A model generated the notes under the pieces. That model was not told the DNA's origin. It worked only from the letters and a program-made list of their open reading frames with translations, and ran no database searches. The position numbers and the translations under genes are program-made. From a bacterium (GTDB lineage: Bacteria; Krumholzibacteriota; Krumholzibacteriia; LZORAL124-64-63), in contig JANOEP010000061.1 of NCBI GenBank assembly GCA_031441465.1, positions 40,683-104,682 on the forward strand: a stretch of 64,000 nt of DNA, written 5' to 3'. Shown here piece by piece: positions 36,738 through 48,941 of the stretch (positions are counted from its first letter, which is position 1; each line of letters opens with the position of its first letter).

Positions 36738-38690
36738 TCAAACCCGCAGCCCCGCCTCGGCCAGGAAGCGGCTGGGCGACTTCTTCGAGCAGACGAGGTC
36801 GAGGCGGTGGCGGGCGCGGGTCAGGGCGACGTAGAAGAGTCGCCGCTCGGCTTCCAGGCCGCCGTCGTCGGACACCGCGTGGGAGTGGGGGATCTGCCCG
36901 CGGTCGACCCCGTAGATGATGACCCGGTCCCACTCTCGGCCCTTGGCGGCGTGGATGGTCGCCAGCTCGCACGTCCCTTCGATGTTGAACACCTCCTCCG
37001 CGCAGGCCCGCGCCACTTCGCGCAACAGGGCCGAAGTGCGCGCGAGCACGGCGATCGTGCCGGGTGCACCGTCGCGCCCCGGGGCGCCTTCCCGGATCAT
37101 CGCGACGACGCGCAGCGCGCCCGCGGCGCGGTCGGTCAGGGCGTGGATGCGGATCCGCCCGCGGTGAGGCGCGCCCGGCCGCAGCGGCTTGCGGAAGCGG
37201 CGTCGGTTGTGCCGGATCAGCCGGCGCGAGGCGACGGTGATCCGACGGCCACAGCGGTAGTTCTTGATCAGCGGGTGCCGCTCGAGGTCGGGGTAGACCT
37301 GGTCCAGCTCGATCACCCGCTCGACCGAAGCCCGGCGCCAGGCGTAGATGCACTGGTCCTCGTCGCCGACGCAGAACAGCGAGTCCTGCGGGGAGGCGAG
37401 CAGGCCCACCAGCAGCGCCTGCGCGGGCTCGATGTCCTGGTACTCGTCGACCAGGACGTGGTCGAAGCGCGCCTGCCAGCGGCGGCGGATGTCGGCGTCG
37501 CGCTGCAGCAGCGTCACGGCGCCGGCGACCAGGTCGTCGAAGTCCAGACGGTCGTGTTCGTCCAGGTGGCGCTGGTAGAGGTCGAAGAGGCGCGCGGCGG
37601 TGCGGGTGCGCGCGTCCCCGCCCGCCGCCTGCGCCAGCGCCGCCTGCGGGCCGACCATCGCCGACAGCTTGAAGCCGCTGACGGCGTTGCGCGCCGCGGT
37701 CACGTCCAGCCCGACCCCGTCCGGTTCGGCGTTGCGGGCCTGCTCGGCGAGCCGCTTCCACGCGTCGTCGTCGACCTCGCCGATCCCCGCGCGCGTGCGC
37801 CCCTCCTGCTTCAGCAACGCCAGGCCGAGGCCGTGGAAGCTGCGCACCGCGACGCCGGCCACGCCGGCGCGCTCCAGCCGCGCCGCGATCTCCAGCTTGG
37901 CGTCGCGGTTGAAGGTCGAGCAGAGGATGCGCTCCGGCGCGGCGCCGCGGTGCAGCAGTTCCTTGACCCGCTCGACCAGCACGGTGGTCTTGCCGCTGCC
38001 CGCCGGTGCGATCACCTGCACCACGCCCGTGCCGGCGCGCACCGCTCGGCACTGCTGGGGGTCGAGGGAGAGGGGGCGAGGCGGGGGCCTGTCGGGAGGC
38101 GGCTCGGCGCCGCGGCCGACGAGGCGGTCCACCAGGCGCGACAGCCGGCCGCGACGGCGACCCCGACGGTTGACGGTTCCGCTGACGAGTGTCGCGTCCG
38201 GTGCGTCGTTCTGCGCGGCGAGCCAGCGCAGGCGCTCCAGCGTCCAGGGGTGGCGCCAGTCGGGATCGACGAACGCGTCCGGCTCGAGGGACTCCAGGTC
38301 GCGGTCGGCGTGGATCAGCAGGCGGCAACCGCGGCGCCGCGCGGGAGCAGCGAGGGTGCCGTGGATCAGGCGCAGGTCGTCGACCGAACCGCAGGGAACG
38401 TCGAGGACGGCGACCAGCTCGTGACGGGTGAAGACCGCGAGCAGCCGGGCGGTCGGGTTGGTCAGGGATCGGCGCGTTCCGCGGGGGCGGGTCGCCTGGA
38501 CGGCGGCACGCCACCGCTCGTACTCGACCACGTGCCAGCCTTCCCGCGCCAGCCGGAGGGGGTCGGGGCGCGAAGTCGTCCAATTCAGGTCCGAGGTGAG
38601 GTGCTGCAACTGATTGCCTTTGCGACAGATCAAGCGCCTGGCCGGTGTGCGTCGGGGCCGGTGCAGCCGCCTCTTGCCCGGCCGAGCCAT
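36738..38690 (-). CDS. UvrD/Rep-family helicase, compact, with an uncharacterised N-terminal extension
   Basis: APAGSGKT, TFNRDA, SFH, LDFDDL, VDEYQD, VGDEDQCIYAWR, NYRC, TIHAAKGREW and ERRLFYVALTRAR. Start uncertain (possibly TTG at 38609). Confidence 0.85.
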   Translation of the reverse strand: MARPGKRRLHRPRRTPARRLICRKGNQLQHLTSDLNWTTSRPDPLRLAREGWHVVEYERWRAAVQATRPRGTRRSLTNPTARLLAVFTRHELVAVLDVPCGSVDDLRLIHGTLAAPARRRGCRLLIHADRDLESLEPDAFVDPDWRHPWTLERLRWLAAQNDAPDATLVSGTVNRRGRRRGRLSRLVDRLVGRGAEPPPDRPPPRPLSLDPQQCRAVRAGTGVVQVIAPAGSGKTTVLVERVKELLHRGAAPERILCSTFNRDAKLEIAARLERAGVAGVAVRSFHGLGLALLKQEGRTRAGIGEVDDDAWKRLAEQARNAEPDGVGLDVTAARNAVSGFKLSAMVGPQAALAQAAGGDARTRTAARLFDLYQRHLDEHDRLDFDDLVAGAVTLLQRDADIRRRWQARFDHVLVDEYQDIEPAQALLVGLLASPQDSLFCVGDEDQCIYAWRRASVERVIELDQVYPDLERHPLIKNYRCGRRITVASRRLIRHNRRRFRKPLRPGAPHRGRIRIHALTDRAAGALRVVAMIREGAPGRDGAPGTIAVLARTSALLREVARACAEEVFNIEGTCELATIHAAKGREWDRVIIYGVDRGQIPHSHAVSDDGGLEAERRLFYVALTRARHRLDLVCSKKSPSRFLAEAGLRV

Positions 38691-38785
38691 TCGGCGTAGC
38701 TTCAGATCGCCATCACCCGCCAGATGTCATTGTTGATCTGCTATCATCATGGACGTGCCCGATCCCCATCCTGCGAGGTGCCCCC

Positions 38786-40534
38786 ATGCCCGCTGCCAAT
38801 CGCCGTGCCAAGCGGATGCTGGTCTTCACGGTCCTGGTATCCCTGTGCGCCGCCGCCGACCCGGCCTCCGCGTTCCTCGTGGCCCACTGGCGATTCGACG
38901 AGCCGGCGGGTTCGACCGCCGCACTCGACGAGACCGGCGGTCACGACGGAGCCGTGATCGGCGATGCGGCGTTCGGCGTCGTTGGCGTCGCGGGCCGCGC
39001 GCTCGCACTCGGCTTCGGCGGCGGCGGCGCCCTCGACATGGGCGACGTGCTCCCGTTCCAGGACGAGGATTTCTCGTTGGTGGTGTGGGTGAAGACCCTG
39101 CCGGGCGCAGCGGACGTGATGTACCCGGTGAGTAAGCACGTCTCGGGCTTCGGCGGCTACCTCGTCGGCCTCAACACCGACGGCGTCTACGGCGCGCCGG
39201 GCAAAGCCTGGTTCTACGACATCGGCGCGCCCGGCGAGCAGGCCTTTTCGACCACCGACATCAACGACGGGCAGTGGCACCAGATCGCCTGCGCCTACCA
39301 GCAGGGCGGCCTGCTGGGCATCTACGTCGACGGCACGCCGCGCGAGGACCTCCACGACGGGCCGATGAACCCCCTGACCGCGGCGAAGTTCGTGGTCGGC
39401 GGCTACGACGACGGCGGCGCGGTCCACGCCGGGTTCCAGGGCTGGATCGACGACGTCCAGGTCTACGATCACACGCTCCACCCCGACCAGGTCGGCTTCC
39501 TCTTCGCGAATCCCTCGTACGTCCTGGGCGAGATCGGCGTCCATCCCGTCGCTCAGGGCCTCCGGCTGTGGCTGCGGGCCGATTCGGTGAAGCCGGTCGG
39601 GGACCAGCAACCCGTCGCGCTCTGGCCCGACCGCTCGGGGCAGGGCCTGCACGTCGCGCAGGCGGATCCGGCGTCTCGACCACGCTACGTCACCGGCAGC
39701 ATGCACGCGTTTCCCGCGGTGCACTTCGACGGGAACGACTTCCTGATCCGCGACAACGTCGCCGGGTCGTCCCTGATGTCGGCGGACGAGGCGACCGTCT
39801 ATCTCGTCGCGCGCCAGGACGGCGCGGACGCCTACAACACCGTGCTCGGCTGGGGCTACACCAGCAACCGGCTGTTGGTGCACTACACGTGGGAAGGATG
39901 GCTGGTGTTCCAGCACGGGCCACCCACGAGCATCGGCGGGAACGGCGTATGGCCGTCGCCGGTCGGCTGGAACGACGCCTTCCACTTCGTGGAGCTTCGG
40001 CGTGAGAACGGGACGTTTTCCTGCGTGATCGACGGTGCCGATCAGGGCGACCAGGCCACCATCGGCGCGCCGAACCTGGAGTCGGTGCAGCCGCTGTTGG
40101 TCGGCTCGGACGCCTACCGCTTCAGCGACATGACCGGCGACATCAGCGAGATCCTGGTCTACGACCGCGCGCTCACGCCGCTGGAGCGCGACAGCATGCA
40201 GCTCTACTTCGAGTCTTATTACTATCCGACTACGGTCGGCGCGGAGGCGACTCCCGCCTCCCGGCCCGCGCTCGAGGTCGCGCCCAATCCCTTCAACCCG
40301 CGCACGGTCGTCGCCTTCACGCTGCCGCAGGCGGGGGAGGTTGCCGTGGCGGTCCACGACGTCCAGGGTCGCCTGGTGTGCCGACTCGCCGGCGGCCGTT
40401 TCGCCGCCGGCCGGCACGAACTCGTCTGGGACGGGCGGGACGATCGGGGTCGCGAGGCGGGCGCGGGCGTCTACCTGGTGCGGCTGACCGCGCCCCTGGG
40501 CGGTGCCGTGACTCGGGTCGTCCTGATCAAGTAG
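38786..40534 (+). CDS. Secreted protein with two LamG/concanavalin-like domains and a C-terminal FlgD-Ig-like tail
   Basis: Signal peptide, LVAHWRFDE...DGQWHQI...FQGWIDDVQVYD, LRLWLRAD...GDISEILVYDRAL and PNPFNPRT...WDGRDD...GVYLVRL. Confidence 0.85.
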   Translation: MPAANRRAKRMLVFTVLVSLCAAADPASAFLVAHWRFDEPAGSTAALDETGGHDGAVIGDAAFGVVGVAGRALALGFGGGGALDMGDVLPFQDEDFSLVVWVKTLPGAADVMYPVSKHVSGFGGYLVGLNTDGVYGAPGKAWFYDIGAPGEQAFSTTDINDGQWHQIACAYQQGGLLGIYVDGTPREDLHDGPMNPLTAAKFVVGGYDDGGAVHAGFQGWIDDVQVYDHTLHPDQVGFLFANPSYVLGEIGVHPVAQGLRLWLRADSVKPVGDQQPVALWPDRSGQGLHVAQADPASRPRYVTGSMHAFPAVHFDGNDFLIRDNVAGSSLMSADEATVYLVARQDGADAYNTVLGWGYTSNRLLVHYTWEGWLVFQHGPPTSIGGNGVWPSPVGWNDAFHFVELRRENGTFSCVIDGADQGDQATIGAPNLESVQPLLVGSDAYRFSDMTGDISEILVYDRALTPLERDSMQLYFESYYYPTTVGAEATPASRPALEVAPNPFNPRTVVAFTLPQAGEVAVAVHDVQGRLVCRLAGGRFAAGRHELVWDGRDDRGREAGAGVYLVRLTAPLGGAVTRVVLIK

Positions 40535-40570
40535 CTTCGAGACGGGCCTGGGTATCCGATTCCGATTCCG

Positions 40571-40600
40571 CGTCCGCACGCGCCGGCGTGCGGACGTTTC
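40571..40600 (+). terminator. Intrinsic terminator-like hairpin after the LamG gene
   Basis: CGTCCGCACGC-GCCG-GCGTGCGGACG followed by TTTC. Confidence 0.6.
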
Positions 40601-40696
40601 CGTGTTGCCGGACCCACGACTTGAACTTATCAATGAGGACGACACTCAATCGCAATATCCGGCCGCCCCGGCGGCCTCGCCCAGGAGGACACCCCC

Positions 40697-41020
40697 ATGA
40701 TCAACCTCACCCAGAACGCTCAGCATGAACTCAAGCGCCTGGCCACCCGCGACGGTCTGAACGCCCCGGTCGTCGTGCTGGGCGTCGACAGCGGCGGCTG
40801 CTCCGGCTTCAGCTACCGCATGGGCATGGACACGCGCGTCCAGGACGGGTTCCAGGCTTTCACCTACGAGGGCTTGACCGTGGCCTGTGCGCCGGACGCC
40901 CTGCCGTTCTTCAAGGACATGGAGATCGATTTTTCGAAGGACCTCATCGGCGGCGGTTTCAAGTTCCGCAACCCGAACGCCAAGGGGACCTGCAGCTGCG
41001 GGACGTCGTTCCGCGTCTGA
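40697..41020 (+). CDS. HesB/IscA family A-type Fe-S carrier
   Basis: GGCSGFSY, IDF...GGGFKFRNPNA and CSCGTSF. AGGAGG RBS. Confidence 0.93.
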   Translation: MINLTQNAQHELKRLATRDGLNAPVVVLGVDSGGCSGFSYRMGMDTRVQDGFQAFTYEGLTVACAPDALPFFKDMEIDFSKDLIGGGFKFRNPNAKGTCSCGTSFRV

Positions 41021-41033
41021 TGCGGATTTCGGA

Positions 41034-41077
41034 GGCCCGTTGACCAAGAAGTTGCCTTGACGGGCCGTTATTTGTTT
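41034..41077 (+). terminator. Intrinsic terminator-like hairpin after the IscA-family gene
   Basis: GGCCCGTTGA...TTGACGGGCC stem followed by GTTATTTGTTT. Confidence 0.55.
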
Positions 41078-41211
41078 GCCCTAATCGGACCGATCCGCTA
41101 GCATTTCCGGCGCTTGGGCCGGGTTGTCCCGGTTCGTCCCCTGGTGAAAATGAAATCGCGCCGCCAATCGCGCGGCCTCACGCCCTCGGGCGGAACGCGG
41201 GAGCAGCCCCT

Positions 41212-41898
41212 TTGGATTCCCAGCAGAAGGACCCCCGGCGGGACGGGCCAGATCCTTTCCGGTTTCCCAAATGGACCAACGCGATCCGCCTCCCGGTCAC
41301 CCTGGCGGCGGCGCTGGCTCCCCTCTTCATCCTCGGTCTTCTGTACCTGCTCTTCTCGCCGGGCGCGACCAGCGTGGGCTACCAGCCCGCGCAGCCGGTG
41401 CCGTACAGCCACCAGCTCCACGCCGGCCTGCTCGGCATCGACTGCCGCTACTGCCACACTGGCGTGGAGACGGGCGCGGCGGCGACCCTGCCGCCGACCT
41501 CGGTCTGCATGAACTGCCACGCCACGGTGCGCGCGCAGAGCGAGAAGCTGCAGCTCGTGCGCGAGAGCTTCGCGACCGGGATGCCGATCCCCTGGGTCCG
41601 CGTCCACGACCTGCCCGACTTCGTCTACTTCGACCACAGCGCCCACGTGCGGCGCGGCGTCGGCTGCGAGAGCTGCCACGGCCGCATCGACAAGATGGAA
41701 GTCGTGCGCCAGTTCGCCGGCCTGAACATGGCCTGGTGCCTGGAGTGCCACCGCGATCCCGTCCCGCACCTGCGTCCCGAGGACGCGGTGACGGTCATGG
41801 GCTACGTGCCCGACGAACCCCAGATCGAACTGGGCCGCCGGCTGCGCGACGCCCGTCACATCACTCCGAAGACGGATTGCTCCACATGTCATCGATGA
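41212..41898 (+). CDS. actA: Alternative complex III pentaheme cytochrome c subunit
   Basis: N-terminal TM, GYQPAQPVPYSHQLH and five CxxCH motifs (CRYCH, CMNCH, CESCH, CLECH, CSTCH). TTG start after GGAG. Confidence 0.9.
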   Translation: MDSQQKDPRRDGPDPFRFPKWTNAIRLPVTLAAALAPLFILGLLYLLFSPGATSVGYQPAQPVPYSHQLHAGLLGIDCRYCHTGVETGAAATLPPTSVCMNCHATVRAQSEKLQLVRESFATGMPIPWVRVHDLPDFVYFDHSAHVRRGVGCESCHGRIDKMEVVRQFAGLNMAWCLECHRDPVPHLRPEDAVTVMGYVPDEPQIELGRRLRDARHITPKTDCSTCHR

Positions 41899-44800
41899 AC
41901 CAGAACGGCCTCGACCACAATTACTGGCGCAGCCTGCAGGAACTGTCGGACGAGCCCGAGTTCCGCCGCTTCCTCGAGGGCGAGTTCCCCGAGCCCGCAG
42001 AGGTGCCGACCGACGCGATGTCGCGACGGCGTTTCCTGCAGGTCATGGGCGCCTCGGTGGCCATGGCCAGCCTCGTCGGCTGCCGCTGGCCGCAGGAGAC
42101 CATCGTGCCCTTCGCGAGCCGGCCCGAGGGCGTCACGCCCGGCACGGCGCGCCGCTACGCGACGGTCATGGAACTGGCCGGCGCGGTCAGCCCGCTGCTG
42201 GTGACCAGCTTCGACGGCCGCCCGATCAAGGTCGAGGGCAATCCCGATCACCCGCTGAGCCAAGGCGCCTGCGACCTGTTCGCACAGGCCGGACTGCTCG
42301 AACTGTACGACCCCGACCGCAGCCGCCACGTGCTGGAGCGCGAGGGCGGTCGCCCCCGCCGTCGCTCCCTCGGCGATGGGGAGGCCGCGGCCGCCGCCGC
42401 CTTCACGGCGCTGCGCGCGCGCCGGGGCGCCGGACTCGCCGTGCTGAGCGAGGCCAGCAGCTCGCCCACGTTCGCGGCGCTGCGCGGCCGCCTGCGCGAC
42501 GAGCTGCCCGAAGCCGCCTGGTACGAGTACGAGCCGGTCTCGCGCGACAACGAGCGTCTCGCCACCGGCCTGGCCTTCGGCGAGGCGCGACGCGTGCGCG
42601 TCGACCCGGGCGCCGCCCGGGTGCTGGCCTGCTTCGACGCCGACCTGCTGCTGGACCATCCCACGGCCCTGCGCAACGCTCGCGGCTTCGCGAACGGGCG
42701 CCGCGCCGAGGACGGCGAGATGAACCGCCTCTACGTCGTCGAGAGCGACCTGAGCCTCACCGGCGGCATGGCTGACCATCGCGTCGCGATGCCGAGCCTG
42801 GAGATCCCGCGCGCCCTCTACGGGCTGGCCGCCGAACTGGTGCTGGGCCGCGGCCTCTCCCTGCCGCCGGGCTACGAGTCCGTGCTGCCGGCGCTCGAGC
42901 ACGTCCGCGCCGCGGGCCACGCGCCGGCCTGGATGGGTGCGATGGCGGGTGACCTGCTCGCCCACCGCGGGGAGTCGCTGGTGGCGGTGGGCCCGCGCCA
43001 GCCCGACCACGTGCACGTGCTGGCGATCCTGCTGAACGAGGTCCTGGGCAACACCGGCCGCACTGTGACCTACGGTCCCGATGACCAGCGCGGCCTGTCG
43101 CACGGCGCGGCCATCGCGACCCTGGCCGTGACCATGGGCAAGGGGCAGGTGCAGTCCCTGGTGATCCTGGGCGGCAACCCCGTCCACGACGCACCCGCCG
43201 ACCTGGATTTCGGCGGCCTGCTGGACCGGGTCGCCGAGTCCTGGCACCTGTCGCTGTTCGTGGACGAGACGTCGCAGCACTGCCGCTGGCACCTGCCGCG
43301 CGCCCACTGGCTCGAGTCCTGGCACGACGTGCGCGACCACGACGGCCGCTACGCCGTGGCCCAGCCGCTGATCGCGCCCCTGTACGACGGCTGGACGCCG
43401 GCGGAACTGCTGTCGCTGCTGCTGGACGGCGTCCGCCGCCCGGCCCACGACCTGGTGCGCGCCACGGCCGACCGTGAGCCGGGCGCCGGCGACTGGGAAG
43501 CCCTGCTGCACCGCGGTTTCGCCGCCGCGCTGCCCGTCGAGAAGGCGGCCGCCCTGGACGGCCGAGGTGTCGTCGCCGCCGTGCGCCGAGGCGGCATGGC
43601 GAAACCGGCGGAGGTCGGTCGTGAGAACCTGGAACTGGTGTTCGTGCGCGACCCGTCGCTGCACGACGGGCGTTTCGCCAACAACGCCTGGCTGCAGGAA
43701 CTGCCCGACTTCATGACCAAGCTGGTCTGGGACAACGCCGCGCTGTTCGGCGTGTCCACGGCCGCCGCGCTGGACGTCGCCCACGGCGACGTCGTCGAAC
43801 TGCAGCTGGGCGAGCGCCGGCTGGAAGCCGCCGTCTACGTGCTGCCGGGCCACGCGCCCTGGTCGGTGAGCCTGAGCCTGGGCCACGGCCGTACCGCCGC
43901 CGGCGGCGTCGGCAACGGCACCGGCTTCCGCGCCTACGCGCTGCGCAACTCGTCGGCGCTCGACGCGGCCGCCGGCCTGAAGGTCGTCCGCACCGGCCGC
44001 AGCCACCGGCTGGCCACGACCCAGGACCACCACGCCATCGACGCGGTCGGCATGCGCGAGCGCGAGAAGCGCTCGCGGTCGCTGGTCGTTTCCGGCACCC
44101 TCGCGGAGTACCGCGAACACCCGGACTTCGCCGCGCACCGCACGCACCACCCGCCGCTGGTCTCGCTGTGGAAGGAGCGTCCGCGCGAGGGATTCGCCTG
44201 GGGCATGACCATCGACCTGAGCACCTGCATCGGCTGCAACGCCTGCGTCGTGGCCTGCCAGGCGGAGAACAACATCCCGGTCGTCGGCAAGGACCAGGTG
44301 GCCAAGGGCCGCGAGCTGCACTGGCTGCGGCTGGACCGCTACTTCCAGGGCGACCCGGACGCGCCCGCGGTCGCGCACCAGCCGGTGGCCTGCGTGCACT
44401 GCGAACTGGCCCCCTGCGAGCAGGTCTGTCCGGTGAACGCGACCATGCACAACGAGGACGGCCTGAACGTCATGGCCTACAACCGCTGCGTGGGCACGCG
44501 CTACTGCTCGAACAACTGCCCCTACAAGGTGCGCCGCTTCAACTGGTTCAACTTCAACAGCGACATCCCGGACGTCCGCAAGCTCGTCTACAACCCCGAG
44601 GTGACCCTGCGCTCCCGCGGCGTCATGGAGAAGTGCACCTACTGCGTGCAGCGCATCGAGACGGTGAAGATCGACGCCAAGAACGAGGGGCGCCCCGTGC
44701 GCGACGGCGAGGTCGTCACGGCCTGCCAGCAGACCTGCCCCACGCAGGCCATCGTCTTCGGCGACCTGAACGACCCGCAGAGCCGCGTGACGAAGCTGAC

Positions 44801-44907
44801 GACCGGCGACCGCGCCTACCACCTGCTCGCGGAGCTGAACGTGAAGCCGCGCACGGCCTTCCTGGCCCGCCTGCGCAATCCGAACCCCGAACTCGCGGAG
44901 AGCGCCG

Positions 44908-44927
<20 letters not shown>
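41895..44927 (+). CDS. actB: Alternative complex III subunit B (molybdopterin-oxidoreductase-like domain plus Fe-S domain)
   Basis: YWRSLQEL, Tat signal SRRRFLQ...[56 protein letters not shown] and EKCTYC. Confidence 0.93.
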
Positions 44928-46353
<1,426 letters not shown>

Positions 46354-46387
46354 GGGCGCGCGGGCGCCCCGGGAAGAGCGAGTGACG

Positions 46388-46933
46388 ATGGCGACACGAG
46401 CGACGCACGGCCTCTACGGCTACCTCGCGGAGTTCCGCGAGCCGTGGGACCTCATCGACGCGGCCGCGAAGGTCCGCGACGCCGGCTACACCCGCTGGGA
46501 CTGCCACACGCCGTTCCCGTTGCACGGGCTGGACCACGCCATGGGGATCCGCGGCACGCGCCTGCCCTGGCTGGTGCTCTGCGGCGGCCTGACCGGCCTG
46601 ACTGCGGCGCTGCTGATGCAGTGGTGGATGAACGCCCACGACTACCCGTACCTGATCAGCGGCAAGCCGCTGTTCGGGCTGCCGGCGGTGGTCCCGGTCA
46701 CCTTCGAGCTGACGGTGCTGCTGAGCGCGCTGACGACGTTCTTCGCGATGTGGGGGCTGAACCTGCTGCCGCAGCACCACCACCCGCTGTTCAACAGCGA
46801 GCGGTTCCGGCGCGCGACGTCCGACCGCTTCTTCATCTCGATCGAGGCGCGCGACCCCCTGTTCCAGGGCGAGCGCACGCGCGAGTTCCTGGCGGGCCTG
46901 GGCGCCGACGCCGTCGAGCCCGTGGAGGACTGA
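46388..46933 (+). CDS. actD: Alternative complex III subunit D (DUF3341)
   Basis: HTPFPLHGLD, YPYLISGKP, PVTFELTVL and ATSDRFFI. Confidence 0.9.
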   Translation: MATRATHGLYGYLAEFREPWDLIDAAAKVRDAGYTRWDCHTPFPLHGLDHAMGIRGTRLPWLVLCGGLTGLTAALLMQWWMNAHDYPYLISGKPLFGLPAVVPVTFELTVLLSALTTFFAMWGLNLLPQHHHPLFNSERFRRATSDRFFISIEARDPLFQGERTREFLAGLGADAVEPVED

Positions 46934-46936
46934 CCG

Positions 46937-47650
46937 ATGCCGAGAATCATCAAGTCCGCCGCCGTGGTGCTGACCCTGCTCGCCCTGATCCCGGTGCTGG
47001 CGCTGGTCAAGGCCCGCGTCACCGACAGCGGGCGGACGCGGCTGTCGCTCGTCTACGACATGGACGACCAGGCCAAGGTCAAGACCCAGCGCGCCAGCGA
47101 ACTGTTCGCCGACGGCCGCGCCATGCGGCCGCCGCCGGCAGGCACCGTCGCCCGCGACGAGCTGGTCGGCCGGGACCGCCTGCGCGACGGCCGCGTCGAC
47201 ACCACGTGGGTGGAGACGTTTCCGACGCCGGTCACACGCGCGATGGTCGAGCGCGGCCGCGAGCGTTTCGGCGTCTACTGCGCACCGTGCCACGGCCTGG
47301 CCGGCAACGGCGACGGCATCGTCGCCAAGCGGGCCGAGGCCCTGAGGGAGGGCACCTGGGTGCCGCCGTCGAACCTGGTCGACGCCGCAGTCCGGGCGCG
47401 GCCCGTCGGCCATCTCTACAACACGATCCGCCACGGCATCCGCAAGATGCCGGCCTACGGTTCCCAGATCGGCGTCGAGGACCGCTGGGCGATCGTGGCT
47501 TACGTGCGCGCCCTGCAGGCCGCGCAGGCCGGTGCGCCCGCGGACCTGGAGCCGGCGGACCTCGCCGCGCTCGGCCCGCCGCCCGCACCGGCGCCCGCTG
47601 CACCGGCGGCGACGACAACCGCGACGGCGGCGGCGCCGCCGCCGCAGTAG
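46937..47650 (+). CDS. actE: Alternative complex III monoheme cytochrome c subunit
   Basis: DMDDQ, FADGRAMRPPPAGTVAR, CAPCH, MPAYG and DRWAIVAYVRALQ. Confidence 0.92.
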   Translation: MPRIIKSAAVVLTLLALIPVLALVKARVTDSGRTRLSLVYDMDDQAKVKTQRASELFADGRAMRPPPAGTVARDELVGRDRLRDGRVDTTWVETFPTPVTRAMVERGRERFGVYCAPCHGLAGNGDGIVAKRAEALREGTWVPPSNLVDAAVRARPVGHLYNTIRHGIRKMPAYGSQIGVEDRWAIVAYVRALQAAQAGAPADLEPADLAALGPPPAPAPAAPAATTTATAAAPPPQ

Positions 47651-47698
47651 TGAAGGCGGCGCCCCCCGGCGCCGCGAACCCGACGGGAGCGTGAGGTT

Positions 47699-48922
47699 TT
47701 GTCTCAACACGCACGACGTGACGTGGCCGTCCTGGACGGCGACAACCTGGTCCTCGGCGGCGCCGCCCGGCGCATCGCCTTGGGTGGGCTCGCGGTCGGG
47801 GCGGTCGGGCTGGGGACCGGCTTCCTGCTGGGCCGCGCCGCCGGCGACGGCATGCGGCACTTCCTGCACGCCTGGCTGCTGAACTGGCTGTTCTTCCTGT
47901 CGCTGTCGCTGGGCGCGCTGTGGTTCGTGCCGTTGCAGCACCTGACGCGGTCGACCTGGAGCGCGGTGGTGCGGCGCCTGGCCGAGATCGTCTCGGGCAC
48001 GCTGCCGCTGATGGCGCTGCTGTCGCTGCCGGTGCTGCTGAACCTGGGCGCGGTCTACGGCTGGGCCGACACGTCCCGCGCCGTCGCCGACCCGCTGCTC
48101 GCGCACAAGGCGGGCTGGCTGAACCCCGGCTTTTTCACGCTGCGGATCGCCTTCTACTTCGCCGTCTGGATCGCGCTGGCCACGATCTTCCGCCGGCGCT
48201 CCCTGCGGCAGGACGCGACGGGCGACCCCGCGATCACCGCCGGTTCGGAGCGGCTGGGCGGGCCCGCGCTGATCCTCTACGGGCTGACGCAGACCTTCGC
48301 GGCCTTCGACCTGCTGATGAGCCTCGACGCCCACTGGTTCAGCACCATGTTCGGCGTCTACTGGTTCGCCGGCATCGTGGTCAGCTTCTTCGCGTTGATG
48401 ACGCTGCTGACCGCCGGCCTGCAGCGCTCGGGCCGTCTGGTTCACGCGGTGACCCTCGAGCACTTCAACGACTACGGCCGGGCCATGTTCGCCTTCGTCT
48501 TCTTCTGGGCCTACATCGCCTTCAGCCAGTACATGCTGATCTGGTACGCGAACATCCCCGAGGAGACGGGCTGGTTCCTGCGCCGCCAGGAGAACGGCTG
48601 GGCGGCGGTGGGCTACCTGCTGATCTTCGGCCACTGGCTGATCCCCTTCGCCGGGCTGATGTCGCGCTTCACCAAGCGGCGCGTGCGGCTGATGGCGTTC
48701 TGGGCGGTCTGGATCCTGGTCATGCACTGGGTCGACCTGTTCTGGCTGATCATGCCCGAGCTGAGCCCGGGCGGGATCCCGCTGCGCCTGATGGACGCGG
48801 CCCTGCTGGTGGGCATGGGCGGCCTCTACGCGGCGGCGCTGGCCTGGGTGGCCGGGCCGCGCCTGCTGATCGCACGGCGCGACCCGCGGCTGCAGGCTTC
48901 GCTGAATTTCGAGAACTACTAG
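47699..48922 (+). CDS. actF: Alternative complex III subunit F (polytopic membrane protein)
   Basis: DLLMSLDAHWFSTMFGVY and FWAYIAFSQYMLIWYANIPEET. Confidence 0.92.
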   Translation: MSQHARRDVAVLDGDNLVLGGAARRIALGGLAVGAVGLGTGFLLGRAAGDGMRHFLHAWLLNWLFFLSLSLGALWFVPLQHLTRSTWSAVVRRLAEIVSGTLPLMALLSLPVLLNLGAVYGWADTSRAVADPLLAHKAGWLNPGFFTLRIAFYFAVWIALATIFRRRSLRQDATGDPAITAGSERLGGPALILYGLTQTFAAFDLLMSLDAHWFSTMFGVYWFAGIVVSFFALMTLLTAGLQRSGRLVHAVTLEHFNDYGRAMFAFVFFWAYIAFSQYMLIWYANIPEETGWFLRRQENGWAAVGYLLIFGHWLIPFAGLMSRFTKRRVRLMAFWAVWILVMHWVDLFWLIMPELSPGGIPLRLMDAALLVGMGGLYAAALAWVAGPRLLIARRDPRLQASLNFENY

Positions 48923-48941
48923 ACGGGAGGGGCGCGAGCCC

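Noticed and set aside
40621..40633. FNR-like TTGAACTTATCAA upstream of the IscA-family gene
   Set aside because: One base short of TTGAT-N4-ATCAA and mismatched in the left half.
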